Assembly: GCA_963806225.1 (NCBI GenBank) | Contig: CAWDXG010000001.1 | Coordinates: 992,001-1,056,000, forward strand | Length of the DNA stretch: 64,000 nucleotides | Direction: 5' to 3' | DNA from: an uncultured delta proteobacterium | Lineage (GTDB): Bacteria; Myxococcota_A; Polyangia; Polyangiales; Polyangiaceae | Shown here: in pieces, positions 1 to 9,161 of the stretch | Numbering within the stretch: the stretch's first letter is position 1 | How the letters are laid out: each line of letters starts with the position of its first letter | Translations under genes and position numbers: made by a program | Notes under the pieces: generated by a model | Seen by the model: only the letters and a program-made list of their open reading frames with translations | Told to the model about the DNA's origin: nothing | Database searches by the model: none

Positions 1-1
1 C

Positions 2-118
2 CTGGCGCGGAACGCGCCCCATGGCGGCCAGCACCCGCGGGTCGCGCACGCCCCGGTCCGCCAGCTGGTGCTGTACCATCAGGCGTCGACGCTCCGCGAA
101 CTCGTCGTGGGTGCTCAT
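2..118 (-). CDS. pcm: Protein-L-isoaspartate O-methyltransferase, N-terminal part (runs off window start)
   Basis: Manual translation MSTHDEFAERRRLMVQHQLADRGVRDPRVLAAMGRVPRQ matches the PIMT N-terminal pattern R..MV..QL..RG(I/V).D.RVL.AM..VPR. Purine-rich RBS (GAAGGAAG) upstream. Not in the ORF track. Confidence 0.85.
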   Translation of the reverse strand, partial: MSTHDEFAERRRLMVQHQLADRGVRDPRVLAAMGRVPRQ

Positions 119-153
119 TCGTCTTCCTTCCAGGGCAGAGCAGGCTCGCTGCC

Positions 154-738
154 TCACCGGGCGACGAGCGTCCCGTGTCCGGTCATCAATGCGCGCCGTG
201 CATAGTATACGACCGAGACCAGACCCAGGACTGCGGCGACCGCGCAAAATAGCCACGCGGCGCTGGCTTCTGCCACGATGGCCACGAGCGCGCCGAACTG
301 CCCCACCGTCGCGAGCTTGCCGGGAGCTCCCGCACGGAAATCGAGCCGCGCAGCCAGGCCCAGGCGCTGGCCGAACAGGAAATGAGCGGCGAGCAGCGGC
401 AGCTGCAGAAGCTCGCGGGTCGCGATCAACAAGAGCTGCCACAGCGGGCTCTCGAGCGTCACTGCGAGCGCCACCAGCACCGCGAGCACGAACGCCTTGT
501 CGCAGGCAGGATCGAGCCACTGCCCTATGCCATCGGACCGGGCCGCCCGCTCCGGTGAGCGGCGCGCCAGCCAGCCGTCGAGCACGTCGGAGACCGCTGC
601 CAGCGCCATCATGCCCAGCAGCAGCGGGCGTGAAGCGGGAGCGAGCCACACCACCAACCCCATCGGTACGCGCGACAGGCTCATGAGATTCGCTGCAGTC
701 AGCAGCGGCTCCCGCTCCTCTGCGTTCCCCTCTTCCAC
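154..738 (-). CDS. CDP-alcohol phosphatidyltransferase family protein (PgsA-like)
   Basis: ANLMSLSR N-terminal motif, signature SDVLDGWLARR...GQWLDPACDK, RE and GKLAT motifs, several TM helices. GTG start at 738 inferred. Confidence 0.9.
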   Translation of the reverse strand: MEEGNAEEREPLLTAANLMSLSRVPMGLVVWLAPASRPLLLGMMALAAVSDVLDGWLARRSPERAARSDGIGQWLDPACDKAFVLAVLVALAVTLESPLWQLLLIATRELLQLPLLAAHFLFGQRLGLAARLDFRAGAPGKLATVGQFGALVAIVAEASAAWLFCAVAAVLGLVSVVYYARRALMTGHGTLVAR

Positions 739-843
739 CCGTCTCCCTGAAGCGTAGAACCTCGCAGCTTCCGCGCCAACGTGACGGTTTTTCGCGGTCC
801 AATGGGTCGCGGCGCACGCATTTCGCGTTTCGGGTGCGCGACG

Positions 844-859
844 TGGTTCCATTCTTGCA
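844..859 (+). promoter_or_regulatory. Putative sigma54 -24/-12 promoter
   Basis: TGGTTCC-ATTC-TTGCA (GG-N10-GC) just upstream of the 874 start. Confidence 0.5.
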
Positions 860-873
860 CCACCCGGAGCTGC

Positions 874-1287
874 GTGATCTACGAGATCCTCAGCGCCGCG
901 GTGGACACGCTCCACGCGCTTGCCATGGTCGCCTGGGTGCTGGGCCTGCCGCTGCTGTTCTGGCACCGATGGCCCCGCCTGAGTGGTGTGTACGTCGTCT
1001 ACTCCCTGGCGTTCGTGGTGATCACGCGGGTATCCCACGCGATCCTGGGCGAGTGCGTGCTCACCACGCTCTCCCGGGACCTCTGGAACGCCTCCGGGCT
1101 GGCGGATCGCGGGCACTCGTCGTTCACGGTTCGGTTGGTGGACGCGATTGCGGGCATCCACTTCACGGAGCACTCGGCCGTGCTGCTGTGGGAGGGGGCG
1201 GTGTTCGTTTGCAGCGCCGGAATGCTCTGGTATCTGGTCGACGCGCGCCGCAGACGACGACGGCACGACGACACCGCCAGGGCATGA
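874..1287 (+). CDS. Small membrane protein, DUF2784-like
   Basis: About 3 TM helices, early His (LHALAM) and GECVLTTLSRDLW resembling the DUF2784 CPLT.LE..L motif. GGAG RBS before GTG at 874. Confidence 0.65.
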   Translation: MIYEILSAAVDTLHALAMVAWVLGLPLLFWHRWPRLSGVYVVYSLAFVVITRVSHAILGECVLTTLSRDLWNASGLADRGHSSFTVRLVDAIAGIHFTEHSAVLLWEGAVFVCSAGMLWYLVDARRRRRRHDDTARA

Positions 1288-1343
1288 ATGTTGCTGCGAA
1301 ACCGGGCGCCGGTGTCGCGGGCGCCGGGACAGAGGAGAACAAG

Positions 1344-2081
1344 ATGGCGAAGACCGTCGACGAGATCATGAACCACGAGCTGTTCAGTCTGCGCCCCGAC
1401 GATAGCTGTGAAGACGGACTCGGCTACATCCTGGCGCTCGGCGTGACCGGAGCACCGGTGATCGATCCGGAACAGAGGCCGATCGGCGTGGTGTCGTTCC
1501 GTGATCTGGTGGCCAGGAAGGCGCCGGAGTCGGTCAAGGAGCGCATGACGCGTCCGGCCATCGTGGTCCGTACGGACGCGAGCATCGAAGACGCGGCGAG
1601 GCTGCTCGCCGAAAGCGGCGTGCACCGCGTGGTCGCCGTCGACGCGGAGGGCCGTGCGGTCGGCGTGGTCTCGTCCCTGGACGTGATCCGCGGTCTGATC
1701 GGTCTGCCCGCCGGACATCCGGCGACGTTCCCGCACTACGATGCCGCGACAGGCAGTGCCTGGAGCGACGACACGCTCCTCGAGATCGATCGGCTCGCGG
1801 TGGCGCCGGACGGTCCGGGCGTGTTTGCGCTCGTCCGCGGCGGACGCGGGCTGTCGGAAGCGGTGATCTGGGCGGAGGCCGCCCACAACGTACGCACCCG
1901 CCTGTACGACATCCTGTCCCTGCCGCAGACGGACACCCCGCTGCTCAAGCGCATTCTCGGCGACTACCAGAACCTGCGCTTCCGCGCCGCGTCCATCTCC
2001 GACATGCAGACGCGCATGAAGGTGCTCGAGGCGCTGCTCGCCGAGGCGCACAAGAAGCTCGAGGTCGCGGCGCACGCCTGA
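1344..2081 (+). CDS. CBS-pair protein with C-terminal degenerate GIY-YIG-like domain
   Basis: Two CBS repeats (VDEIMN..GAPVID..IGVVSFRDL; VKERMT..HRVVAVD..VGVVSSLDV), then PDGPGVFAL...VIWAEAAHNVRTRL. AGAGGAG RBS before ATG 1344 (alternative start 1284). Confidence 0.8.
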   Translation: MAKTVDEIMNHELFSLRPDDSCEDGLGYILALGVTGAPVIDPEQRPIGVVSFRDLVARKAPESVKERMTRPAIVVRTDASIEDAARLLAESGVHRVVAVDAEGRAVGVVSSLDVIRGLIGLPAGHPATFPHYDAATGSAWSDDTLLEIDRLAVAPDGPGVFALVRGGRGLSEAVIWAEAAHNVRTRLYDILSLPQTDTPLLKRILGDYQNLRFRAASISDMQTRMKVLEALLAEAHKKLEVAAHA

Positions 2082-2180
2082 CCCGGGCCTCCAGCTTGCG
2101 CGCGAGGCGGGAGGGCCCTAGGGTCCCGCCACGTTGCTCGCCTTTGCGACACGTCGAGATCTCCGGGCGCCGGTCGTGCC

Positions 2181-3551
2181 GTGAGCGTCGATCCCGTCCC
2201 CGCCGAGGAGCGCCTGCGGGTGCTCGAGCTCTTGCGCCTGCATGGCTGGAACGCGACTTCCTTCCAGGTGCTGGAGCCGGGCTTCCGCTACTGGTTCGAC
2301 GAGGACGACGCGTGTGTCGCCTACGTCGACACCGGCGGTGCCTGGGTGGCCGCCGGGGCTCCTGTCGCTGCTCTCGACCGGCTCGAGCCGGTGGCAAGGC
2401 GTTTCGTGGAGGCGGCGCAGAACGCGGGGCGTCGGGTCTGCTTTTTCGCCGTCGAAGAGCGCTTCGTCCAGCGCGCGGACCTCGAGACGCTCGGCATCGG
2501 CCAGCAGCCGGTGTGGGACTCGGACCAGTGGAACGAGGTCCTGCGCTCGTCCCGCAGCCTGCGCGAGCAGCTGCGCCGCGCCCGTGCCAAGGGCGTCGAG
2601 GTGCGCGAGCTGTCCGAGACCGAGGCCGTCGACCCTTCGAGCCCGGCGCGGCGATCCGTGCAGCTGCTCATCCAGCGTTGGAGTCGTTCACGTTCCATCG
2701 CTCCGATGGGATTCCTGGTCGCGCTGCATCCGTTTTCGTTCGCCGCCGAGCGACACTACTTCGTGGCCGAGCGCGACGGCCAGGTGTTCGGCTTCCTGGC
2801 GGTGGCGCCGGTGTACGGCCGCGGGGGTTGGTTTTTCGAGGACTTCCTGCGCGACCCGGCCGCGCCGAACGGCACCATCGAGCTGCTCGTCCACCACGCC
2901 ATGCAGTCGGCTGCGGAGGCCGGATGCCACTTCGTCACACTGGGGCTCGCGCCGCTCGCCGGCGACGTTAGCGCATGGCTGACCGCGGTCCGCGACTCGA
3001 GCGGAGGGCTGTACGACTTCGAAGGGCTCCGGTCCTTCAAGGCGAAGCTGCGTCCGCAGCACTGGGAGTCCATCTTCGTGGCGTATCCCCACGGTCAGAC
3101 CCAGCTGGTCACCGTCGTCGACGTGCTCTCGGCGTTTTCGCGCGTGGGCCTGTTCCGCTTCGGGCTGGAAACGCTACTCAGGGTTCCTGCGATCGTGGTC
3201 AAGACGCTTGCGGGCCTGCTCGTGCCGTGGATGGCGCTCCTGGCGCTCGCGCCAACGCCGCGGTTCTTCCCTTCGACGAGCATCAAGGTTGGCTGGATCG
3301 CGTTCGACGCCGTCCTGTTCGTGGCGCTGTGGGTGCTCGGGCGCCGCTGGAGCCCGCGGCTGGCTACGGTGCTCGCTCTGGCCGTGAGTGCCGACGCTTT
3401 GCTGACGCTGGTCGAGGTCATCCTGTACAACGTGCCCCGGGCGGGGAGCACGTTGGATGTGTTGGCGTTGGTCGTCGCCGTGCTGGCGCCGACGTGTGCG
3501 GCGCTGCTCTTGTGGCGCGCGCGCCTGCAGCGCGCCGGCCTGCCCGCCTGA
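2181..3551 (+). CDS. DUF2156 / MprF-type aminoacyl-phospholipid synthase catalytic domain with C-terminal TM helices
   Basis: WVAAGAPV, LREQLRRARAKG, DFLRDPAAPNGTIELL, TLGLAPL and YDFEGLRSFKAKLRPQHWE are LPG_synthase_C motifs; about 4 hydrophobic helices at the C-terminus. Confidence 0.85.
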   Translation: MSVDPVPAEERLRVLELLRLHGWNATSFQVLEPGFRYWFDEDDACVAYVDTGGAWVAAGAPVAALDRLEPVARRFVEAAQNAGRRVCFFAVEERFVQRADLETLGIGQQPVWDSDQWNEVLRSSRSLREQLRRARAKGVEVRELSETEAVDPSSPARRSVQLLIQRWSRSRSIAPMGFLVALHPFSFAAERHYFVAERDGQVFGFLAVAPVYGRGGWFFEDFLRDPAAPNGTIELLVHHAMQSAAEAGCHFVTLGLAPLAGDVSAWLTAVRDSSGGLYDFEGLRSFKAKLRPQHWESIFVAYPHGQTQLVTVVDVLSAFSRVGLFRFGLETLLRVPAIVVKTLAGLLVPWMALLALAPTPRFFPSTSIKVGWIAFDAVLFVALWVLGRRWSPRLATVLALAVSADALLTLVEVILYNVPRAGSTLDVLALVVAVLAPTCAALLLWRARLQRAGLPA

Positions 3552-3603
3552 TCCGGTCGCCACGGGCCGTTCGCGGCGCTAGGCTGCGCGTAGTGGAGGG
3601 GCG

Positions 3604-5889
3604 ATGAACATCTGGCATCTCACCGACGACGCGCCGCGCGTCCCTCCGCGCGTGAGCCCGGGCGAGCGCGTCCTTTTGCGGGTTGGAAGCTGGCCCATCG
3701 AGCCCGGTCAATCGCTGGAGCTCGCCTTCGAGGTCGAGCACCGGAGCGGCGGGGCGGAGCGCGGGCGCGTCCAGGTTGTCTGGGAGCGGAACCAGGGCGA
3801 AAACAGCTACTGGCGCGCGGAGCTCGGGCCGTTTTCCATGGGGGATCGCGTCCGGTACACCCTGACGGGCCGCTCGCTGCACGGGTCGGCGAGCGCTCCG
3901 GCGAGCAGCTTCGTGGTGGGCCCGAAGCTGCACCTCGCGCTTCTGTGGCACCAGCATCAGCCGGTCTACAGGGACACCTCGCAGCGCGAGCCGCGCGGTA
4001 GCTATCTGCATCCGTGGGTGCGCCTTCACGCTCTGCGCGACTACTTCTCGATGGCCTGGATGGTCGGGCGACACCCGGGCGTGCACCTGACCATCAACCT
4101 CACGCCCTCGCTTCTCTGGCAGCTCGACGACTATCTGGAACGTGGCGCGACCGACGAGGCGCTGGAGCTGGGGCGCAAGCCGATTTCGGCGCTGTCTTCC
4201 AGCGACCGCGCGACGATCCTCCGCACCTTCTTCGACGCGGATCGCCACAGCCAGATCGCGGCGCATCCGCGCTACGAGCAGCTGTTCCAGCAGCGTCTGT
4301 CCGGAAAGTCGTTCAGCGACGCGGATCTGCGCGATCTGGTGATGTGGTTCAACCTGGCGTGGTTCGGCAAGGAGTTCCGCGAGGGCAGCGTCGAGCTGCC
4401 CGGCGGCGGAGCGGTGAGCGTACAGCGCTTCGTGGAGCAGGCCGAGGGCTTCTCCGCGGAGGACATCGAGGAAGTGACGGCCGAGCAGTACAGGCTGATG
4501 CGCGCCATCGTGCCGATGCACCGGGAGCTGCAGGACGCAGGCCAGCTCGAAGTCAGCACGACACCCTTCTTCCATCCCATCCTGCCGCTGCTCATCGACA
4601 CGGACCGGGCCACGCTCGATCGCCCCGGCACGAGCCTGCCGCGGCGCTTCGCCCATCCGGAAGACGCCAACGCCCAGGTGCGGCTCGCCGTGGAGGACTA
4701 CAGGAAGCGCTTCGGCCGCGCGCCGCGGGGGATGTGGCCGGCCGAAGGCGCCGTCGCGCAGTTCGCCGTGCCGCTGTTCGCGCGGCACGGGGTGGACTGG
4801 ATCGCGACGGATCGCGGCGTCCTGGCGCGCTCGGGCCGCTATGGATACCCGGTCGACGACCCGGACGTGGCGTGCCGGCCGTACCGCGTCGAGGAAGCGG
4901 GCCACGCCGTCAGCATCTTCTTCCGCGACACGGCGCTCTCCGACGCGATCGGTTTCCGCTACCAGCACTACGAGGACGGACAGCGTGCCGCGCGGGATTT
5001 TCTACAGGAAGTCAAGGAACGCTTTGCCCGGCGGGTGACGAGCAACGACGCGCGCGTGCTCGGTGTCGTGCTCGACGGGGAAAACGCCTGGGGCACGTAC
5101 CCCGACGACGCGCGGCCGTTCCTGCACGCCCTGTACGCGGAGCTGGAACAGGACCACGAGGTCCAGAGCGTGACGTTCAGCGAGGTGCTCGACGGCAATC
5201 CCGAACGCGGTCTCGAGCCGTCACCCGTCCACGAGCAGGAACGGGTCTACGATCTGTTCACCGCCTCGTGGATCGACGAGGCGAACTCGGCGGTGGGTGT
5301 CGATCTCGGGACGTGGATCGGTGAAGAAGAGGAGAACCGCGCCTGGGATCTCCTGAACGACGCGCGCGCCGCGCTCGAGAAGTCGGGCAGCACCCCCGGC
5401 GCCGCGCCGGAAGCATTTCTGGCACTGCACATCGCGGAGGGCAGCGACTGGTTCTGGTGGTATGGCGACGACCAGGACTCCGGTCACGACGACGAATTCG
5501 ACGCCCTGTTCCGACTGCACCTGTCGAACGTCTACCGAGGTATCGGGCTCGAGCCGCCCGCCGAGCTCGAGCGGCGCATCGTGGCCACCGCCGTGCTGTG
5601 GACACCGTCGGAGCCCTCGCCGCGCCTGCAAGCCGGCGACCGCCTGATGGTGCGCACGAACTGTCCAGGCGTGCTCGAGTACCGCATCGACGACGCGGCG
5701 CCGCAGGTTCGGGAGCTTTCGATCACCGGCGGCGTGATGGGCGGTGGGCCGCCGCACTACCAGCTCGGCATTGGACCGCTGCCTGCCGATTCCGCGCGCG
5801 TGCGGTTCCGCTTCCGCTGCACGCGCGCCGACTGTTCCCACGATGTCCCGCCGTGTCGCGGCGACGAGCACGAAGTGCGGGTCGCCTAG
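3604..5889 (+). CDS. Glycoside hydrolase family 57 (amylopullulanase-like) with extra N- and C-terminal domains
   Basis: WHQHQPVY, PWVRLHALRDY, PFFHPILPLL, GMWPAEGAV (nucleophile Glu), LDGENAW (acid/base Asp), AEGSDWFWW. Confidence 0.92.
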   Translation: MNIWHLTDDAPRVPPRVSPGERVLLRVGSWPIEPGQSLELAFEVEHRSGGAERGRVQVVWERNQGENSYWRAELGPFSMGDRVRYTLTGRSLHGSASAPASSFVVGPKLHLALLWHQHQPVYRDTSQREPRGSYLHPWVRLHALRDYFSMAWMVGRHPGVHLTINLTPSLLWQLDDYLERGATDEALELGRKPISALSSSDRATILRTFFDADRHSQIAAHPRYEQLFQQRLSGKSFSDADLRDLVMWFNLAWFGKEFREGSVELPGGGAVSVQRFVEQAEGFSAEDIEEVTAEQYRLMRAIVPMHRELQDAGQLEVSTTPFFHPILPLLIDTDRATLDRPGTSLPRRFAHPEDANAQVRLAVEDYRKRFGRAPRGMWPAEGAVAQFAVPLFARHGVDWIATDRGVLARSGRYGYPVDDPDVACRPYRVEEAGHAVSIFFRDTALSDAIGFRYQHYEDGQRAARDFLQEVKERFARRVTSNDARVLGVVLDGENAWGTYPDDARPFLHALYAELEQDHEVQSVTFSEVLDGNPERGLEPSPVHEQERVYDLFTASWIDEANSAVGVDLGTWIGEEEENRAWDLLNDARAALEKSGSTPGAAPEAFLALHIAEGSDWFWWYGDDQDSGHDDEFDALFRLHLSNVYRGIGLEPPAELERRIVATAVLWTPSEPSPRLQAGDRLMVRTNCPGVLEYRIDDAAPQVRELSITGGVMGGGPPHYQLGIGPLPADSARVRFRFRCTRADCSHDVPPCRGDEHEVRVA

Positions 5890-5956
5890 ATGGGGGCTCC
5901 TCCCCCCGGGATGCGGGGGCGCTTCCGGTCGCCATTTCAGCTACGATCCGCTGGCC

Positions 5957-7588
5957 ATGGAGAGCCCCACTGGACCGGCGTCCGGCGCCGCCGTCGGCGC
6001 CATGGCGCTCGCCGAGACAGCGAGCGCCGCCGACCCTGGAGACTCCCCGAGCTCGAGCACGATGCAGGCGCTGCCGCGGGTGTGTCCGGTCTGCGGCGGC
6101 CGCTATCCACAGAGCTTCAAGGTCTGCCCGCACGACGCGACGCCCCTCGACGACGCGCGCGACTCCGTTATCGACCCGTTGATCGGCGCGACGCTGGCCG
6201 ACTCGTACCAGGTCGTGCGCGTGATCGGCGAGGGCGGCATGGGTCGCGTGTACGAGGCGCGGCACACGCGTCTTCACAACAAGCGCTTCGCGATCAAGAT
6301 GCTGCTCGACGAGTACGCGCGGCAGACCGACGTGGTCGCGCGCTTCCAGCGTGAGGCGGAGTCAGCGAGCGGCATCGCGCACCCGAACATCGTCGGCGTC
6401 TACGACGTGCACCGCACCGCCGACGGGCGGCCGTACATTGTCGGCGAATTCCTCGACGGCGAAGAGCTCGGCGCGATGCTCGACCGCGTCGAGAAGCTCG
6501 AGACGGGGTTTGCCGTGCGCATCGTGCGGCAGGTGTGCAGCGCGCTGGAGGCGGCGCACAATGCGGGCGTCGTGCACCGCGACATGAAGCCCGAGAATGT
6601 ATTTCTGGTCGGACCGCCCGCAGCGCCGCTGGCGAAGATCCTGGACTTCGGTATCTCCAAGCAGGCGAGCAATGGCACGCTCACCCAGACCGGTATGGTC
6701 ATGGGCACGCCCTCGTACATGGCCCCCGAGCAGGCGCGCGGTGCCAAGGTCGATCATCGCGTCGACATCTACGCCGCCGGCGCCATCCTGTATCGCGCGC
6801 TCACCGGCAAGAAACCGTTCGACGGCGAGCCCGCGGAGATCCTCACGGCCGTGCTCACCGAGGAACCGCCGCGCCCGCGCCAGCTCGATCCCGCCATCCC
6901 CGAAGCGCTCGAGCTCGTCATCCAGCGCGCGATGGCAAAGGAACCCGGCGATCGCTACCAGCACATCGCGGAGCTGGAGGCAGCGCTGGCGCGCTTCGAT
7001 CCACTCGGGCCGCTGCCGTCGCAGGGAACGACCGTGCTAGCGCCTGCGCCGAACACTGCCCCCGGACTGGCCAGGCCAGGAGATCGCACGCTGCCCGCCT
7101 CCTCGGTGGCTGGGCTCGGCTGGAGCATCGAGGAAGCCAGCCGCGAGGCGCGGATGGCGCGGCCGCTGCTCGTGCTGCTCTCCATCGTGGCGTACCTGTG
7201 GGCGATCGCCGGAGTGGTCGCTGTGTTGGCGGACTGTCTCCGGCTCGTGCACGGCAAGGGCTCGACCATCTCGTCGACCGAGTCGGTGCTGATCGTCGCC
7301 GGCACGCTGCTGGCGACGGTCACCCCCGCGCTGCTCTGGGTGCGCCACGTGGCGCGGCGCGTGTGGACCAACAGCGTCCGCTCTGTCCAGCAGGCGCGCC
7401 GGCTCAAGACCTCTCTCGTCGCGAGCGTCGCCGTGTACGGCCTGGGCGCGCTCCTCGTCCACGTCTTCGAGGGCGTCGTGCAGCGCTCGCCGATGGACCA
7501 CACCACTTCCGCTTGGAGCATCCTGCTCGTCGTGCTCGCACTCATCGCAGGTGCGGTGCCGTGGTTGATTCCGGTGCGGCGGGGGTAG
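5957..7588 (+). CDS. Membrane-anchored Ser/Thr protein kinase with N-terminal zinc ribbon
   Basis: CPVCG...CPHDATPL ribbon; GEGGMGRVY, AIK, HRDMKPEN, DFG, GTPSYMAPE; about 4 C-terminal TM helices. Confidence 0.93.
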   Translation: MESPTGPASGAAVGAMALAETASAADPGDSPSSSTMQALPRVCPVCGGRYPQSFKVCPHDATPLDDARDSVIDPLIGATLADSYQVVRVIGEGGMGRVYEARHTRLHNKRFAIKMLLDEYARQTDVVARFQREAESASGIAHPNIVGVYDVHRTADGRPYIVGEFLDGEELGAMLDRVEKLETGFAVRIVRQVCSALEAAHNAGVVHRDMKPENVFLVGPPAAPLAKILDFGISKQASNGTLTQTGMVMGTPSYMAPEQARGAKVDHRVDIYAAGAILYRALTGKKPFDGEPAEILTAVLTEEPPRPRQLDPAIPEALELVIQRAMAKEPGDRYQHIAELEAALARFDPLGPLPSQGTTVLAPAPNTAPGLARPGDRTLPASSVAGLGWSIEEASREARMARPLLVLLSIVAYLWAIAGVVAVLADCLRLVHGKGSTISSTESVLIVAGTLLATVTPALLWVRHVARRVWTNSVRSVQQARRLKTSLVASVAVYGLGALLVHVFEGVVQRSPMDHTTSAWSILLVVLALIAGAVPWLIPVRRG

Positions 7589-8029
7589 GCGCTACACGCG
7601 TCGGGGCCTGCTCTACCGTCCAGCGTTATTGCTGATAGCCATCGCGCGTCGCGACTAGCGCTTCCTCCAGTGCAGGGATCGCTCCTACATGCTTGGTGCG
7701 CCCCGCAGCGCGCTTCCTGGCAATGATCCGCTCGAGGCCGAGTACACGCAGTGTGCAGGGGGCGCCGCGCGCTCCAGCCGATTCACCCCCGAGGCAATCG
7801 GCTTCGACTCCCTAGGGCCGCGCGGGCTCGCCGCATTGAATCGTCACTTCCGAGACGCGGCACCAAGTCGATCCCGGGCGCATGCCGAACGAGCGAGAGA
7901 GCCAGGACCCGCTGGCTTGGTCGGTCCGGGGATCCGAGAGAGCCGCGAACCCGCCGCGAACCAGATGTCGATGTCGCGAGTGGCCGTGTTCGCTCCCTGC
8001 AGCACGCCGCGCTCAGGCCGATCAGCATG

Positions 8030-9161
8030 AGCCGGGCGCCGCGTCGGCGAGCGTCTGGAAAACGGTGCCCGGCGACGCGAAGATCTCCACCAAGCCCAAC
8101 GCCAGGCAGAGCGACGCGGCCAGCCACTACTTCATCCAGGATCCGGGTATCATCTCCCGCGCCATCTCCAACTTCGGGAGCTGTCCTGTCCCCCTGGGGG
8201 CTGCGGCTTCGACATCACAGCCATCATGGATCGGCCTTGCCTGACCTGCGGGAAGAATAATTTCGCGAGCTGGCTCTTCAAGGACGGGAGCGTGATCGTC
8301 CAGATGAGCCAGGGGCTCGCCGTCGACGAGACGGCGAAGCTCGATACGGGTCTCGTGACCATGCTGGAAGATCCCACGCACGTGCTGGTGCCCGTCAGCG
8401 AGCCGGTCGACATGCTGCGCGCGCAGGGCTATTTTGCACGGGCCTTCTGGGTGGATCGCCAGACCATGAACGTGAACGGCGTCGTGGCTGCGCTCGGTGG
8501 TGGCCTGGTCGGCATCAACTACCAGTTCACCGACTACGACCCGCCGCCCACCGATGTGCTTGCGGCCAGCGCCGTGCAGAACCGGGTGTACGGCGTGGCC
8601 GGCGGCGCTTCGGGCGAGCAGCTCATCATCCTGCGGCCGGACATCGTTCCGGTCGGAGGAACGCCGCCCGTGCCCACGGTCCTGCCGCTCTCCGGCATCG
8701 ATGCCGGCGGCGTGCCGCTGTCGCTCGTCTACCGCGCACAGGACGCCCAGCTGTACCTGCTCGACAAGGTGGTCCAGCGCGGCAACCCCAGCCGGCTCAG
8801 GCTACTGCGCGTCACGGCGACGGGCGGCCACGCAACGGTGCTGGCGAGCACCACGGACTTCGGCGCCGGCAGCGATGCGTATCTGTCCGCCATGCCTTCC
8901 GGCGATCTGCTGCTGGCCGAGAGCAGGAAGTCCGGGAGCACGCGCTTCACCACGTTGCACCCCACCCGGGACAGCGTCGAGCCCACCGGCTCGCTGGTGC
9001 AGCAGGGCACACTGATGGCGCCGCCCGACTCGCGCACCGCTCCCGGTATCAGCGTCGTGATGCGGCACCGCGCGAAGGGTCCGATCCAGGTGCTCGAGAT
9101 CCCGCGGAGCTACCTGGCCGAGCCCGGCAAGGCGCACCAGCTGCCGCCGGGATGGGAGTGA
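8030..9161 (+). pseudogene. Probable 5'-truncated, frameshifted fragment of a secreted beta-rich protein
   Basis: The coding-like end of the 7882 frame (..SQPSWIG) joins the 8226 frame (PCLTCGKNNF..) if one base is added near 8236. No clear start or signal peptide, and the upstream DNA looks degraded. The 5' limit is approximate. Confidence 0.45.

Noticed and set aside
7798..7815. GGCTTCGACTCCC resembling a tRNA T-arm (possible integration scar)
   Set aside because: No cloverleaf, acceptor stem or matching direct repeat was found at the other end of the island.
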